Source: Antedon mediterranea (Eukaryota; Animalia; Echinodermata). From it: 64,000 nucleotides of DNA. The position numbers and the translations under genes were made by a program. Below are positions 1 to 14,258 of the stretch, one piece after another (within the stretch, counting starts at the first letter, position 1; each line of letters opens with the position of its first letter). The DNA is taken from assembly GCF_964355755.1 (NCBI RefSeq), contig NC_092674.1, forward strand, positions 9,176,001-9,240,000, written 5' to 3'. The notes below the pieces were generated by a model that saw only the letters and a list, made by a program, of their open reading frames with translations, made no database searches and was not told the origin of the DNA.

Positions 1-850
1 ATTGCTCTTTATTCTCGATCAACTTAGCCGAGTTTTACAATCAGTTTGAAAGAGTGTAAATTGGCTCATGAAGAATGACCGAGCTAGTTTAATTGAGATG
101 AAAAGTCCAATGCTAATAGCATAGGTTATTACTTAGTAACTTTGTTATATAGAAGTCACTACATATTGGCCACAGTAGTTTATTTTACAAAACCTCTGGG
201 TTAGTCTGTCTGATTGTCGCTCTTTGGAAGACTAACCCAAGTGCCAACAGGCAGCAGACTTTACTTTTGTGACCAAAAAAAAAAACACAACTGGAAAACA
301 CAACAAATGAAGAAGTTCCTCTTATAAATAATCATTTTAAACAATAACAGTTTTTTCAACAAAAAAAAGTCCTAATCAAAAATACATGTTTGTTTAACTA
401 AATACTGTATAATTGTGTGGATTAATCAAAATATTTAAATAGATAACATAAGAAAACTATTTACCACATATTATTTTGAATCAACAGTAGTATAGGCACC
501 ATACATTAAATTGGTAACAAACAACTATTTCACCAACTTAAATTGGCTCAATACTCACTAATAACTATCGCTTTTATTTATTATCAATAATGTGATGTTT
601 GTCAACATAGGTTTAAAAATATACATACTGTATTCCAGGTTAAACATTGGTGCTATTTTATATAATGTCTTTTACTTCATTTAAACTTTTGAGTAAATAA
701 TATATGCTGCATTCACTAGAATATGTAGAGGTAAAAATATGGAGAACTTGTCAAACTTAAATAAAAACAATACCATTTCATTTGTTTCTTATTTTGTACA
801 TCACTTCATTGATGTTGGCCCTTAAATGATTTGAATGATCAGAGGAACAT

Positions 851-981
851 CAATGGTGTAACGCAGAGACCGGAGGCCCTTGGCTTAGGGATCCAACGCT
901 GGATGCCTCTGGCTTTTTTTCCTTTCTCGTAAGCTTTGGGGGCCTGGGTTTAGCCAGCGAGCACTCATAGTTATGCCACTG
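851..981. mobile_element. Short hAT-like MITE
   Basis: Imperfect TIRs CAATGGTGTAAC / GTTATGCCACTG. Flanks AGGAACAT (843-850) and AGGAACAG (982-989) match at 7/8, consistent with an 8-bp TSD. Confidence 0.6.
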
Positions 982-1728
982 AGGAACAGTTTATATACCA
1001 ATTCATTCTAATATGGCATGTGGAATTCATCAAGACTGATGCACAAAACCAGAACTAAACATACTACTTATGGTAAAGTTGATTTGTAATTTACTACATG
1101 TATTATGGCGATTGAAAAAGGTACAGGAGCAACAAAGACCTTTTGGAGTGTCTAAGCATAGAGGATGGATAAAGTGATATTGGTAGAACACTATATACAG
1201 TAGACATACTGTTGGGCCTCAAAGATGTCAAGTACGTGGTTAGTACCTTGGTGCTTCCAAAAAAAATAAATAAATAAAAAGAGAAACACTTATAATTATA
1301 TTTTGTTAAACTTTTATTTACAATTAGTCAACAGCCAGTGGTATGAATTTCTAATGTTAAATACTCATTTTAAAGTAGCTGCTGTTTATGTCATCATCCA
1401 TATTGAAAATTGTTCTTGTCGCTGTGTACTGTAATGTATTTGTTAAAACACAAGATGGCGTAATTCTTCCATTAAACAAAAATTCTATGATCTTGACACC
1501 TTTTTCCCTTTATACGGATGAATAAATGCAGGACAAAGTTGTATTTTTTATTGAGAGTAGCGTACACTCCCAATTTGAAATTATTATTAAATCACAACTG
1601 GTGTTTATTATCTTGTTTTCCAATCCTTTACTCTGCAAAACATATGCAATCCATGCATCACTCAAACTTGAAAATACATACGGAAGTAGTTGTAAAATTT
1701 CTACAATTTAGGCAAACAAAAGAAACCT

Positions 1729-4700
1729 TTATTCAGCTTTCGGTAAAGCTTCCAATCCCTGAAAAGAAAAAAAAAAGAGATTAAATAATTTAATTCATAT
1801 AAATTATTGCTACAGTGCTACAATAAGCAATAATATAACATCCTTCGAAACCTAAAGCTCTGTCTATACTATCAAACTTTATTTATGTGACAAAAAATGT
1901 ACTGTAATGCGCCCATTTATGGACATATAATGTCATATCATTACCATATTTAGGCATATCACTACCATATTTAGGCATATCACTACCATATTTAGGCATA
2001 TCACTACCATATTTAGGCATATATAGAAGCAATAAATATAGACAACCTTTTAACTAAAAAAAAAATAATAAAAGGATAATAATAAAAGTCACAATTGTGT
2101 CAAAATAATGTGTGATCTCAAAGTCATTGTTGGTTAATTGATGAGAAATCCTTGAGTAGACCTAAACTAAAAAGTAATTCATTTTGTATCAGACCATTGC
2201 ATACTACTAGAAACTGCTGTCATTTTTGACATTATTGGTAAATTCAAACAAACCTTTGTTCTCCATTCCAGGCCTGCTAATTTCATATCTCTCCTTACCA
2301 TTGTATATTCAAATCTGCTATTTACAACTCTTCGTAGCTGGAAAAGATATATATAATCATTCATGAATTTGAATTACATACACATAGGCAAGGTAAGGTA
2401 GGCCGGCAAGGTAAGGTAGGCCTACTAGCTAGTCCTAGAGGCCTGACAATGTCAATGACATCTCTTCTTTTCATTGCAACTTGATTTATCAAAATGAAAT
2501 TGAAGTTTAATTAATTAATTAATCCGCCTCTAGGCCTATTTACTATCTAACTGGGCCTATGCTAATCAAGCTAATTAGTTGGCTAGGACTTGCCCTAGTA
2601 GTAGGTCAGGACGGGTATTCAGTCAGAAGAGGTAGGTAGGCCTAGCTAGGGCCTACCTAGGCCCTAGACTAGGGGTGTCAGATGAAATCGGTCGCGCTTG
2701 AAATCGGTCGCGCTTGAAATCGGTCGCGATAAAATCAACTCCCGGTATTTTGTATGGCGCGCCGCTAGAGCTATACTTTTGATTATATCGGTCGCGTTTG
2801 AAATCGGTCGCGCTATTTTGTATGGATCGGGCGGGATGCGATGCATTTTTCGTTTATATAGATTTAATTGATATTTTTTAGGAACTAGATTATTTATGTA
2901 GATATTTTTTACTTGGTTAATAAATATTTATTATCAATCATTAAATTAATTTTTTTTTTTGTATTTCACAGGTCTTGGAGAAGGACTGTCTTTTCAAAAT
3001 GGCCATTTCTAAACACGTTTAAATATTATATTAGGCATAATGTTATATTAGGCATATAATAATTTACCTCTATTTATATGTACTGTAATTAATATATTAT
3101 ATAGAGAATATACGTCTGTCGTGTCTTTTATTATGCAAACAATTAGGCCTACGTATGGTTTTAGGATATTAATGAAATATATAGATAATATGCCGTTATA
3201 AATCAATCTACCGGCCTACAGAGGACTATGATGTACAATGATAGATGTGCGAATAATTGATTGATTGAAATTTATATTTATACTGGGTAACCTCTTCAGT
3301 CAAAGACTGGTCTCCCAGAAGGCCCAGTTGGTGATCAATGGCTGTGATGTACTAATACTCGTCTCGAAAGATGTACTAGGTTCTTTAAAGTGCACACGAG
3401 CTAGATGTGTACACTGGACCTACGGTTTATAGTCCTTATCCGAGAAGACTTGTTCTACCACCAGAACCATGGAGTGAGTAAGCCTCGAACCCCTGCCGAT
3501 GTTATGGCTACGTAATTACGGTTCCACTGTCTTAACCGCTCGGCCACTCACTCACTCACATAATAATGTATGGATAATGTGGACACGATTCTCAAAGAGG
3601 TAATCTGCACTGATATTTAAACATTTACTGTAGATTTACGAACGGCGTATGAATGCGAGACACTGAGTTGCACTTACTTAATTATTTACATTAAATGATT
3701 ATTATAAATGAAGAAATAAAAGATATTCAAATTAAAATCTATAGTATCGCCGACGTATATACGTAAATTCGTATTTTTCATACTGTCAAATTATAGAAAA
3801 AGTGCTTTATTCGGAATTATTATGGATAAGCAAGCCTGTGAGCTACAGCGATTTTAATTGCTTTTGTTTTCCTTGCCTTCTTATATTTCCACGTGTCTTG
3901 ATTTGGTTACCTATGTTTTAAATGTATTTCGATTTTAAAGGCTAAATAAAGAATGAATGAATGAACATGATCTCATAATCGCGTCGAGCATCTATAGCTC
4001 ATTGGATCGTTTCACAAAAACACGTGCAGGAGGCCTATAGACGTTTCAAACATGGTTATTAGTAATAGACGTCATCTTTACTTCGCCATGGACAACGATC
4101 GTACGTGTTTTGTCCATGATTTGACACACTAACAAGTGCGTGTTTTTTAAAAAGGGGAAACTCCGTCAGCAAAATAACGTATTGTTAGAGGAAACAGCTG
4201 CACGATCATAGAAGGCGCATCTCCAATATGGCTTATTCGGGGGTTTATTTCAGTAACTCGTCTTTTAACCCTCCGCATATAATGATCATTTTACTAAAAA
4301 CTATTTTAAACATTAGAGATAAAAGTATACACGTGATTTGCCTCAACAATAATCATTATACACTTAATATTATCCTACATAACGGATAGAAATAAAATAG
4401 AAATAAAAATAAGGTGATCGAATTGTATGTTGTTAACGACATGGATATGATATAATCTGCCACAGTATGCATAAGTATAAAAATGGATACGCTGGCTTTA
4501 TGGGCTATATTGTAAAAATTATTGTTTTTAAATAAATTGTTCTCTTACGTAATTGTTTGCATAATAAAAGACACGACAGACCTATATTCTCTACATAATA
4601 TATTAATTACAGTACATATAAATAGATAAATTATGATATGCCTAATATAACATTATGCCTAATATAATATTTAAACGTGTTTAGAAATGGCCATTTTGAA

Positions 4701-5387
4701 AAGACACAGTCCTTCTCCGAGACCTGTGAAATACAAAAAAAAATTAATTAATTTAATGATTGATAATAAATATTTATTAACCAAGTAAAAAATATCCACA
4801 TAAATAATCTAGTTACTACTGTACAAAATATCAATTAAATCTACATAAACGAAAAATGTATATCCCGCTCTAGCATGCATCCCGCTCGATCCATACAAAA
4901 TAGCGCGACCGATTTCAAACGCGACCGATTTCAAACGTGACCGATATAATCAAAAGTATAGCTCAAGCGGCGCGTCATACAAAATACCGGAAGTTGATTT
5001 TATCGCGACCGATTTCATCGTAAACCAGACTAGGCCTAGCTAGCCTATTATTATGCCTAGGTAGCCTCTATCCTAGCACTCTAGACTAGCCTAAACGTCT
5101 AATAAAGTAACTAGGCCTAGGCCTAGTCTACCTAGCCTCTAAGTAAGGCGCCTCTCTAAGTAAGGCTAGGCCTAGCCCAGGCCAACTACTACTAACTAGG
5201 CCTAGGCTAGGCCTAGCCTAGTAGCTAGGCCTAGCTAGGGCGGAGGCTAGGGCCTCTAGGCCTAGGCTAGAAAAAGTACACTTACTTTGCCTCCATTCGC
5301 TAATCTCTGCCATAAATTATTTCCCATACCTATAGCAGTTACACAGCCAACAATAATGAAAAATCCTGGTAAGATTTCATACCACAT
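1729..5387 (-). CDS. NDUFA1: NADH dehydrogenase 1 alpha subcomplex subunit 1 (MWFE subunit), 3 coding exons, 71 aa
   Basis: Exons 5387-5286 (MWYEILPGFFIIVGCVTAIGMGNNLWQRLANGGK), 2337-2254 (LRRVVNSRFEYTMVRRDMKLAGLEWRTK) and 1758-1729 (GLEALPKAE*). All introns are GT-AG, phase 0. MWxEILP start, NGGK, RD and KGLE motifs are typical of NDUFA1. Confidence 0.92.
1856..2021 (+). mobile_element. Partial copy of the AGCTCTGTCTACACTA MITE family, with internal 22-bp tandem repeat x4
   Basis: Starts AGCTCTGTCTATACTATCAAACTTT and contains tandem CATATCACTACCATATTTAGG units. Same family at 23248-23367, 31057-31202 and 41740-41915. Confidence 0.7.
2674..5026. mobile_element. Non-autonomous long-TIR (MULE/foldback-like) DNA transposon in NDUFA1 intron 1
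   Basis: ~480-bp inverted repeats (2674-3155 vs 4546-5026) with internal GAAATCGGTCGCG repeats and GG...CC termini. Exact 8-bp TSD AGACTAGG at 2666-2673 and 5027-5034. No ORF. Confidence 0.85.
3257..3558 (-). mobile_element. tRNA-derived SINE, family 1 (nested in the long-TIR element)
   Basis: Minus strand has A-box GTGGCCGAGCGGTTAAG, B-box GGTTCGAGGCT and a (TCAA)n tail. Near-identical copy at 32505-32822. Confidence 0.85.
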
Positions 5388-5744
5388 TTTGTTTATTTTA
5401 TCAACTGATTTTCTCTCCTGCCGGTTAAAAAAAGAAGAACGAAACCGAACCACCAAAAGCTCAGTTGATGACACGTAATAATTGTTGATATGAATATCAT
5501 CAAATAGGTTGTTCTTAAAGTAGCTTACATAATATAGGCATTTGAAAATAAATTTAAATGTTTAAACAATATTTCTTACTTGATCTGATTGATAATTTAT
5601 ATTTTTCCTGTTAAAAAAACGTACTTAACTAAAATATTTTATCATGAAATATTTTATGTCAAAGGGTAAAGGTTATGTAATGTTTCAATAGGTTAGTGTT
5701 ATTTTTTGAGAGGCAGTGGCAACATTTTCTGAATTTATGCAAAA
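5388..5744. promoter_or_regulatory. Putative bidirectional promoter / 5' UTR region between NDUFA1 and the DCN1-like gene
   Basis: Only 357 bp separate the two divergent ATGs (5387 and 5745). No individual motifs are confidently called. Confidence 0.6.
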
Positions 5745-7958
5745 ATGGTATGATATTTGGATTTTATTATAATCATACTTATTATTAGATATTTATTTAA
5801 TTTATTTATGTTCTCCTTGTTTTAAATACTATCCTACATCATTTACACAGCACAAATTGAAATCGTCACAACGAGACAAGGTGAGGCAATTTATTCAGTT
5901 CACGAACACAGGGGAGAAGACGGCGATATACTGCCTATCACAACATGACTGGAGGCTGGACGTTTCTTCTGATAATTATTTCCAAAATCCAGATAGGTAC
6001 TGCAGAGAACCAAAACCAGTCGTAGATAAAAAGCAGATTGAGAAATTATACAATCGATATAAAGGTTTGTATTAGCATAATAATAGTAAATTATAAATAC
6101 AGTATTTTGATGATGTCTGATGATATGTGTTTTACATTTTCGTTAAATTCATTATGAGTTTATTTTCTTTCTTTTAGATCAAGTTGAGGATGACAAGATA
6201 TTAGCCGAGGGAATTGCAAAGTTCTGTGATGATCTTAATTTAGATCCGACGAGTAAATTAGTTTTAATTGTAGCATGGAAATTTAAAGCTGCAACACAAT
6301 GTGAATTTAGTAAAAAAGAATTTATAGATGGAATGATGGAATTAGGGTTGGTTTATTATTCTTTGTTTTTTATTTTTGGATAGTGCTATTTTCTTATGTT
6401 AAAAAAGTCTTAATGTTTTGTGTAGAGTAATGAAAATCCATATCTTTCTCAACTTTATTTTCCTCTCTTTTTTTGGAAACATGTGGTATGCAAACCTCAT
6501 TTTACTTATGTGTATTCGCCATGCAAACCTTTAAATAATACTAATATTTTATCACGATCATCATCAACATCAAATGTTCATACAAGTCTACAAAAAAAAA
6601 ATATGACAGGTTAAACTGCAAAACTGTATTGGAATATCAATTACCTACGGTTGTTTTAAGAGTGTAAAGTTACGAATGATCACACATGACATTATGACAT
6701 TTTCTTTCTAATTTTTTTTCTAGATGTGATTCTATAGAGAAGTTAAAATGTAAATTAGGATCATTAGAAAATGAATTAAAAGACACAAATAAATTCAAAC
6801 ATTTTTATCAGTTTACGTTCAACTTTGCTAAAACTCCTGGGCAGAAGAGTCTAGGTAAGTTCAAATTTGTCAAATACATAAGTAATTGAAATTTGTATTT
6901 CAAGGTTAAAAAACATGATAAAAAATATTTACACACAAATACATACAAAAAACACTACAATATTATAATATGTAAAAACAGTAAAACGTGAAAACATAAA
7001 AATGTTAAAAACAGGACAGTACAAAACTGTTGATTTTAAACTTTGTTTAGAACAGTGCTGTCTAAATAACATAACTGGCCTATTATATGCCGTATTGTTA
7101 TATACGTTTGTAATATGTTTGTCTTATAGATCTTGACATGGCACAAGCTTATTGGAAAATAGTTTTGGATGGCAGATTTGAATTTCTTGATTTGTGGTGC
7201 AAATTTCTAGAGGTATTAAAACAAAAAAATTGAAGATATTCAACATTATATTTTGAGCACATTATATTATATATTGAGCACAATTTTATATATTATTCTC
7301 ACCTTTTGGGGTTCTTTGGAAAGTTTTTGTCTTTGGAAGTGTTTTTATTTATTTCCTCCATCCAGGAATCGCATTGTTCATAAACAATGACAAATTGAAG
7401 TGACACTTAAGCTATGTTTACACACTCTTTTTCTCTATCGAAGTTAAATGAATTGTTTCAGTCAGATTAGCTTGTTTTACTACGTTCAAAACATATAATC
7501 AGATATACTGTACTTCGGAAATCAGAGGTACTATTTCAAAGATACATCAGAGTTATAATGTAACTCTGATGATTCAGATCAGCTTAAATCCTTTCTATGT
7601 AACTTAACTCTAATATTTGTGAACACAGTTTTAGTACTACTTTTTTTTACTACTTTTTACTATATGTTTTTGGTTTCTATAGGAAAATCATAAAAAATCA
7701 ATCCCACGAGACACTTGGAATTTACTCCTTGACTTTAGTAATATGATCACATGTGATATGACAAACTACGATGAAGAAGGTACGTTTTCTTATTCCAATA
7801 CTCTCTAATAAGATACATTTTATACATCAGACAGGGGCTAGTTGCTATAATAAACATACTTTTTATACTTTTATTTTCTAGGTGCTTGGCCAGTTTTGAT
7901 AGACGATTTTGTGGAATATGCTAAACCTATTGTACAGAAAAAGAGTACAACAGTCTAA
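5745..7958 (+). CDS. DCUN1D1: DCN1-like protein (defective in cullin neddylation, DCUN1D1/2 orthologue), 7 coding exons
   Basis: Exons 5745-5747 (ATG only), 5851-6064, 6178-6346, 6724-6854, 7130-7212, 7683-7779 and 7882-7958, all GT-AG. Protein [75 protein letters not shown] has a UBA-like domain plus a PONY domain. Confidence 0.95.
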
Positions 7959-10900
7959 AACTAATGACTCGAGAACTTTAACATTTCAATAATGAATTTC
8001 TTTGTATTGCGCCATCTGAATTTTCAATATAAAACTTTGATTTACTCGCAAAACTGTGTTTGTGTCGGGGAGGTATACATTACCAAAACATCTTTGACTT
8101 CAGTCATATGTAACGTATCTGAGACAAAAGGGTGGCAAGAATGATAGAGATGCGGTAGGCAGTACAAACAGAGGAGTAAATGAGGTTAGATATGACACCA
8201 GAAACGGATATCTCACACAAGAGACATGATTGGCCAACACCTTAAATATGGGCAGCTGAAGCTAGATAGTGGTGGCATGCATGGATATATGCATAACAGT
8301 ACATGCTTACTACATCAGCCATGCTTACAACAGTATGCATACGTAGCAAGTTTCCATCTACATAATCATTTGTAGCTACTATGAAATAGTATGAAAAACT
8401 TCTATTGTATTTTAATGGTTTCAGTTTTGTGGCAAAAAGGCTACCAAACATATTTACTGTACTTCATTGATTAGCACTCTAAAATATTATTGTTAATTCA
8501 CAAACAAAATTTCAGTGCCTCTTTCCAAACTTTGGACCACAAAGGTAGAGGTTGTAATCATAGTCTATCCACTTGTGTTCTTGAAGTTTTAAAAATGCAT
8601 CTAACTGATTTGCAACCAGATATAACAATTATAGTTTTTCCATATAAATGAATCTAATCAGGAAAGAGCAAGATTACTGTTAATCCTGCTTTTCCCTGGT
8701 TTAATAGACATTACACAGTGATTCATTCATGAATTCTTGTCCTCTATTAAGGATGATTTAACAATTTTTCTACTTCAGTTATTGCAGTATCTAGATTTTG
8801 TTACTGCAGTATTGCATGATTTTAGTTTGTTTCAATCCAGTCAGTCACTGCAAAAATAGTGTAAAATATATATTACCTAAGAAATATTTGCTGACTAATT
8901 GCATTAACAGGTTAAAAAGTAAACAAAATGTAGTTACTGTCATGTTGTAACCAGTAGAATGTTGATATAATCTCCTGTTAAACAACCAGACTAAAGCATT
9001 GTAGATTATGTTAATATATCATCAACTGGTATACAGTATTTATTTTATGGTTACTGTTGCCAATAACATTAAGGTAATTTATTGACCCTAATATATAAGA
9101 CACATGTCCCACCTATCTCACAATAACGTATCGCAAATAGCTTTATTTCGCAAAGGAACGTCCTTGCGCGACGTATGGTGGGAGGGGTTTGGGAGCAAAT
9201 GCCACAATGATATGTACGTGATTTGTTGTTTGTACAATGTTGTGACGTGACGTTTGCTCCTAAACCCCTCCCACCATGCGTCGCGCACACTATTTGTGAT
9301 AAACCTTATTCAACTATAATGTTACACTACAAAAATGTAACATTTTAGTGATGTTTGATGTATTCGTTTACTTAGGTATAGAAAAATAGAATTTTTCTAT
9401 GTTCATGATTACATTCTAGTCAAGGTTTAGCATAAACTAGTTGTGTGCAGTGTATTTAGATACATGTTGCCCATACTTTTATCCAAACATTTTAACAATA
9501 ATATAAGAAATATTTTTAGTCATTGGAAGTTATCATTATTACATTTATAATAGTATAAATTTCTTTATTTTGTGTTGCCAAAATACCACATTCAATTAGA
9601 ATTTCCAAATTTTGTTTTTACTCACGAACGAATACAGAATTTCAGACTTCTGTGGGTTGATGACAAATTTCATCACTTTTTAATTTATTTTAAAAAGTAT
9701 AATTTTGTTGAAACAATATTATAGGTGTGTTTTATATAAAGAGAAAATTACCTTTCATTCTACATTCAACTTACACTAAATCAAATGTTTTTGAAATATC
9801 AACATACTTAGTAATAAATTATTTACATTTGTGCTTCAGTAATTCAATTCAATTCAAACTCTCAGACTTTTCACAATTCATAAATTGCGAAAACCAAACC
9901 ATATTGAGTATAATATATAAATATATATTTGTAATAGAACATAAACAAACAAACAAGAAATTGGAACAAACATTGCACATAGTCCAGATAGTTAACTAAA
10001 TCAGACCCTATAGCAACATTTAGGCGGCTACTACATTTTTTTGTAATTCTAAAATGTATAGACCTATTTACAAACCATAATGAAATTGTCTGCTATAAAA
10101 AAAAGTGTAGGTTTCACATCTAACATAAATTTTATATAAAATCACAGAATACTTACAGATTGGGAATGTTTATTTATAATATGTAATGCATCCTAATAAA
10201 TTGTACAGAAGATTAAATGTATTGTGTTCTTTTGTGTTCTTTGTTTTTGCTAGTCGCAAATGCTCGTTTCACTTTCTCCCGCAAACATCGCGTTGCGGCT
10301 CACGTTCTTTCGTTGCGTCCTAGTGGAAAATAACCTTAAACGAAATGGCGCCCTTGCGTGTGGTTATTGCGTTTTATCTCTCAATGAGATTGACTTTTGT
10401 GGAATAAAGAGGTATACTCGAGCATTGACTGAATCCCAAATCAGACAAAATAAAATGTCGAATGAACGAAGAAAGTCATAATCTAACTTACTATTTAGTC
10501 GCGGTTTCTTTTGTGAATGTCTTCTTTTTATGCAAATTATTTCTATTACGGTAATAAATAAAAATCTATAATGCACAGTATTGATAAATTATGATTTTAT
10601 TAAGATATAAAAGTTAATAGAGTGCAAGTAATTTAGCTAATAGAAGTTTCCAGAGTTTCGAGCACTTATTGATCTGGAAAATTGTCCATTCCATAACAAG
10701 GAGTCCTCAGAAAGTTCAACAAAAGTATAACTGGACGTCGATTAATGATTTCTTTTCTTAGCCTAGTAACTCTAGCGCGGAGGAATTAACTTCCTCTAAA
10801 ATTAGTTTGCAAAATGCGAGCGAACTCCAGAATTTGGCAAGAAAGGTTTTCCAAAGTTTTCACTTCGAAAAACTGGAAAACTCGACTATAATGCATGCTA

Positions 10901-11023
10901 CATTCGTTATTTATGTTATTGTACGATTAGAATACTGGTTCATAAGTAATAAAACACCGAACACTAATTATTATAGTCTCCCTTTACAAATATATAAAAA
11001 TATAACTTTATCCTATAATGATC

Positions 11024-13755
11024 TTAAACTGACGGGTTGTTTGGCGCGCGAAATTGTTCAGTTTCAGGAAGAAATCCGTTTTGTATAAGCGAATAAGCCA
11101 TGTCAACAATAGTTTTGTCTATAGCGGTTGGAGTGATCTTCAGTACCTCACGCATCTGAAATTTAACAACATTTGTGACATTTCATAATTACGAAAAATA
11201 TGGCCGTTTTAATACCGGTTTATGACTATATAAGCCTACTCGTGTCTGATATAAAAGGAAATAATTACAATGGTTGCTTACTCTGGTTGTGTCCACATTA
11301 GGTTTAATTCCCCAACTAGCTATTGTTGGTCGATGTGACGAGTCGAAAAAAGACAAGAACTTTACTAAACTGCGTGACGCAACGGCTGTGGTAGGATTGT
11401 AGCCTAAAAAGACAAACAAATGAAATGTATAATGATCGTACTTGATACAACATATTACAAATTATAAATTTGAAAGTTGTAAAAGTGAAGTTTGAACAGG
11501 GATTACATACATTAAACCAGGAACCAATACGTGGTCTTACTCAAGTCGGTTTAAAGCAGTCACTCAATTCTCAGAAACAAGTTAATAGGCCTACATGTTC
11601 ACCAAAAAAACGAACTACCTACCTTGTGTTTTAAACTCGCTTGATAATATCTTCCCAATTTTATCGCAGAATACGAAATCCGATACAATTATATGCCGTT
11701 TATCTAAAAAATAAAGTTAATAATAAAATATAATTCAAGTTTAAAAAAAATAAATCTGGAACCTACAATAGTCATAATAACTCACTACAAATACATTCAT
11801 ATAAAAATAAACAATATAAATAATATAAATCGTACGAGCTCAGTTGTGCCATAACGATTATGGATTCTCCTAGTTTGGCAACAAAAGTTTATGAGTCAAC
11901 AAACCGTAGAAACAAATTTTCAAAGGTTTGTGAACTCAGTGAATCAAATAAAAGTTTTTGTGAACTTACTTGCAGCTTCTTGGCTAGTCAACGCAGTAAC
12001 ATGAGCTTTTGCTACATCTCTGACGTCACATATCGGTAGCGCAATATGTGGTACGCGACTGTTCTTATTCATTAATGTATCGGCTATTACTGCAGCACTA
12101 CATCCCGGAGATCGAGTAAAATACGGTCCTAAAACAAATCCGGGATTTATGCAGACCAACTCGAAAGGTTTTTCTCCTGCAAAACATAAAAGCGTTTTGG
12201 TTTGAATATCATAGACAACGAGAAAATGAAAAAAAAGATAGGTATCAATACTCCTGCCCCTGGAAGCATGGACATTATAAAATTCTTCCATAATGGAAAA
12301 GTATTCTAATGGTTTGCGTCAATGGTATTATTGACGAAAAATCCTTTTAAAGAGCTTAGGAACAGCCAGTATGCATGATAAAGCCTCATGTTTCTTATTG
12401 CCTGCTTGTCTACTTCTATAATAAATCAAGTTTACCTTCCAAAGATTTTAGAAATTGCCAGGCTGCTTGTTCCGCGAGAGTTTTGCTTTTAGAGTAAGCT
12501 GTACTTTCATCGACATCAGCCCAGTCTTTTTCTGTATGTGGCGTAGTTTTCCTAAAATTTGCTAACAAATAAATTCCATTATAAGACAATGAGATTCCGA
12601 TGCGTTATTTTAATTGAATTTGAAATACATTAAAAAAAAAAATAACGGTAAATGGAAACACCGAAAAGGAAAACGAAATTTAACTTACAGACAGCCAACA
12701 CCGAGCTCGTAAAGATTACTCGTTTTACAGACAGTACTTTGCTACATGCTGTCAATATATTAATGGTTCCTCTGATTGCTTGATCTGAGAGTTCTTGTTC
12801 ATCCTCTTCATTCCAGAAACCATTTGTTGGACTTGCTAATTGGATAACATGAGAACATCCATCTATAACACTAATATAACAAAACCAGCATATAAAATCC
12901 AAATTTCGAATAATAAATAGGCCTACATATTAATTTAAAAACAAATTAAATTAGGAAAATATCATTGTTTAAGTGGTGCTATTTTTTTTCGATTTTAACT
13001 GAACTCACACAAACACTAATGTATTATTAATTGTAGGCTAATTAATAATGAACTGTTTAAATTAAGGAATTAATGCTTACGCTTCCCAGCTATCTGCTAC
13101 TAACACATCAGCCTCAACTAATTCAAACGTTTTGGAGTCCGGATCAATTCCAAGTTTTTCTCGAAGTTCTCTTTCTTTTGATTCGTTGTTGGACCGTGTT
13201 GTTGCCCGAACACATTGACCATTCTGAAGTAAATGCTTTATAACATGCCCCGCAATAAACCCAGTTGCCCCAGTGACTAGCACCTCTGTTTTCAATTACA
13301 AAAAAAAAGTTTTTATTAAAATACAAAAATGTAAATCTGGAAAAACATGGAAGTTAAAATTGACAAAGCAACCAAAATTTGTTGACGCAAAAAGAATTGT
13401 TTGAATTAGCTTAGTTTGGCTATCCACCAACAAAGATAAAAATAATAATTGCCGATTCGCCTGACTGACAAACTTAGTAGGCCTGTATATAGTGAACATA
13501 TTTAATAATGATATGTAAATTAAATATAATGTAGACCTATATAGGTAATGTCAAATATTGAATGGAGGACACTCCACATCATATGCCTATGACGTTATAA
13601 CTCAAAACATATAATAACGCGTACGACTGTGTAGGTCTGCGGCTTAAATACATCTGCTGGGGAAAACCATGATATCAATCTCATACTGACATAAAATAAC
13701 TGTAATATATAATGTGAAAAAATATTATACAAAACTTACTCGTTATTTCAGCCAT
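11024..13755 (-). CDS. NAD(P)-dependent epimerase/dehydratase family reductase (DFR/GRE2/AR-SDR-like), paralog A, 8 coding exons
   Basis: Exons 13755-13740, 13285-13081, 12870-12689, 12561-12436, 12176-11970, 11703-11623, 11403-11282 and 11155-11024. Motifs VLVTGATGFIA, TSS, YSKSK (YxxxK), INPGFVLGP and DVRDVAKAH. Frame is intact across all junctions. Confidence 0.9.
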
Positions 13756-14258
13756 GCTAGCTCAGTAGTGTATACCTGTTTTGACTCAGCTTAATTGGGC
13801 GTCAACTTTACGCTCTTATGGTTTTTGTGAATACCTGTTAATTTCGCATTCAGTTATTGTTCAAACAACAATAACAATAATTTAGTCACTCGATAAGCTT
13901 GACTAACTACGTAGTCAACCAAAATATACTATAATGCAACGATACTAATAAGGTTGGGCCCAAAAATCAAAGATCATATAAACCGCTCCCAAATTATCGA
14001 AACGCATAATACCCACGTGTCAGAACTACTTTAGAACGTCACATAATATTCTGTTCTGGTTTTTTTTTTCAATACTGTGTAGGCCGGAATCATATCCATT
14101 TAATTCTCGTTTTAGTAATGGTAAAACAAAAACGCAATTTAAAATATTACAATAGAGGAAACAATGTGGGACCAACATGATCTCATAAAATTTAAACAAA
14201 TGTCTTTGACCCGAGGCAAAACAAAATAATAAAAGGTCCTAATCATGATCGTTTGGAC

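Noticed and set aside
2125-2162. Alternative last exon for NDUFA1
   Set aside because: The phase-0 junction gives a non-homologous peptide, whereas 1758-1729 gives the expected GLE ending.
4088-4119. Fourth P-type footprint CATGGACAA...TTGTCCATG
   Set aside because: The inverted repeat is present but there is no flanking direct repeat.
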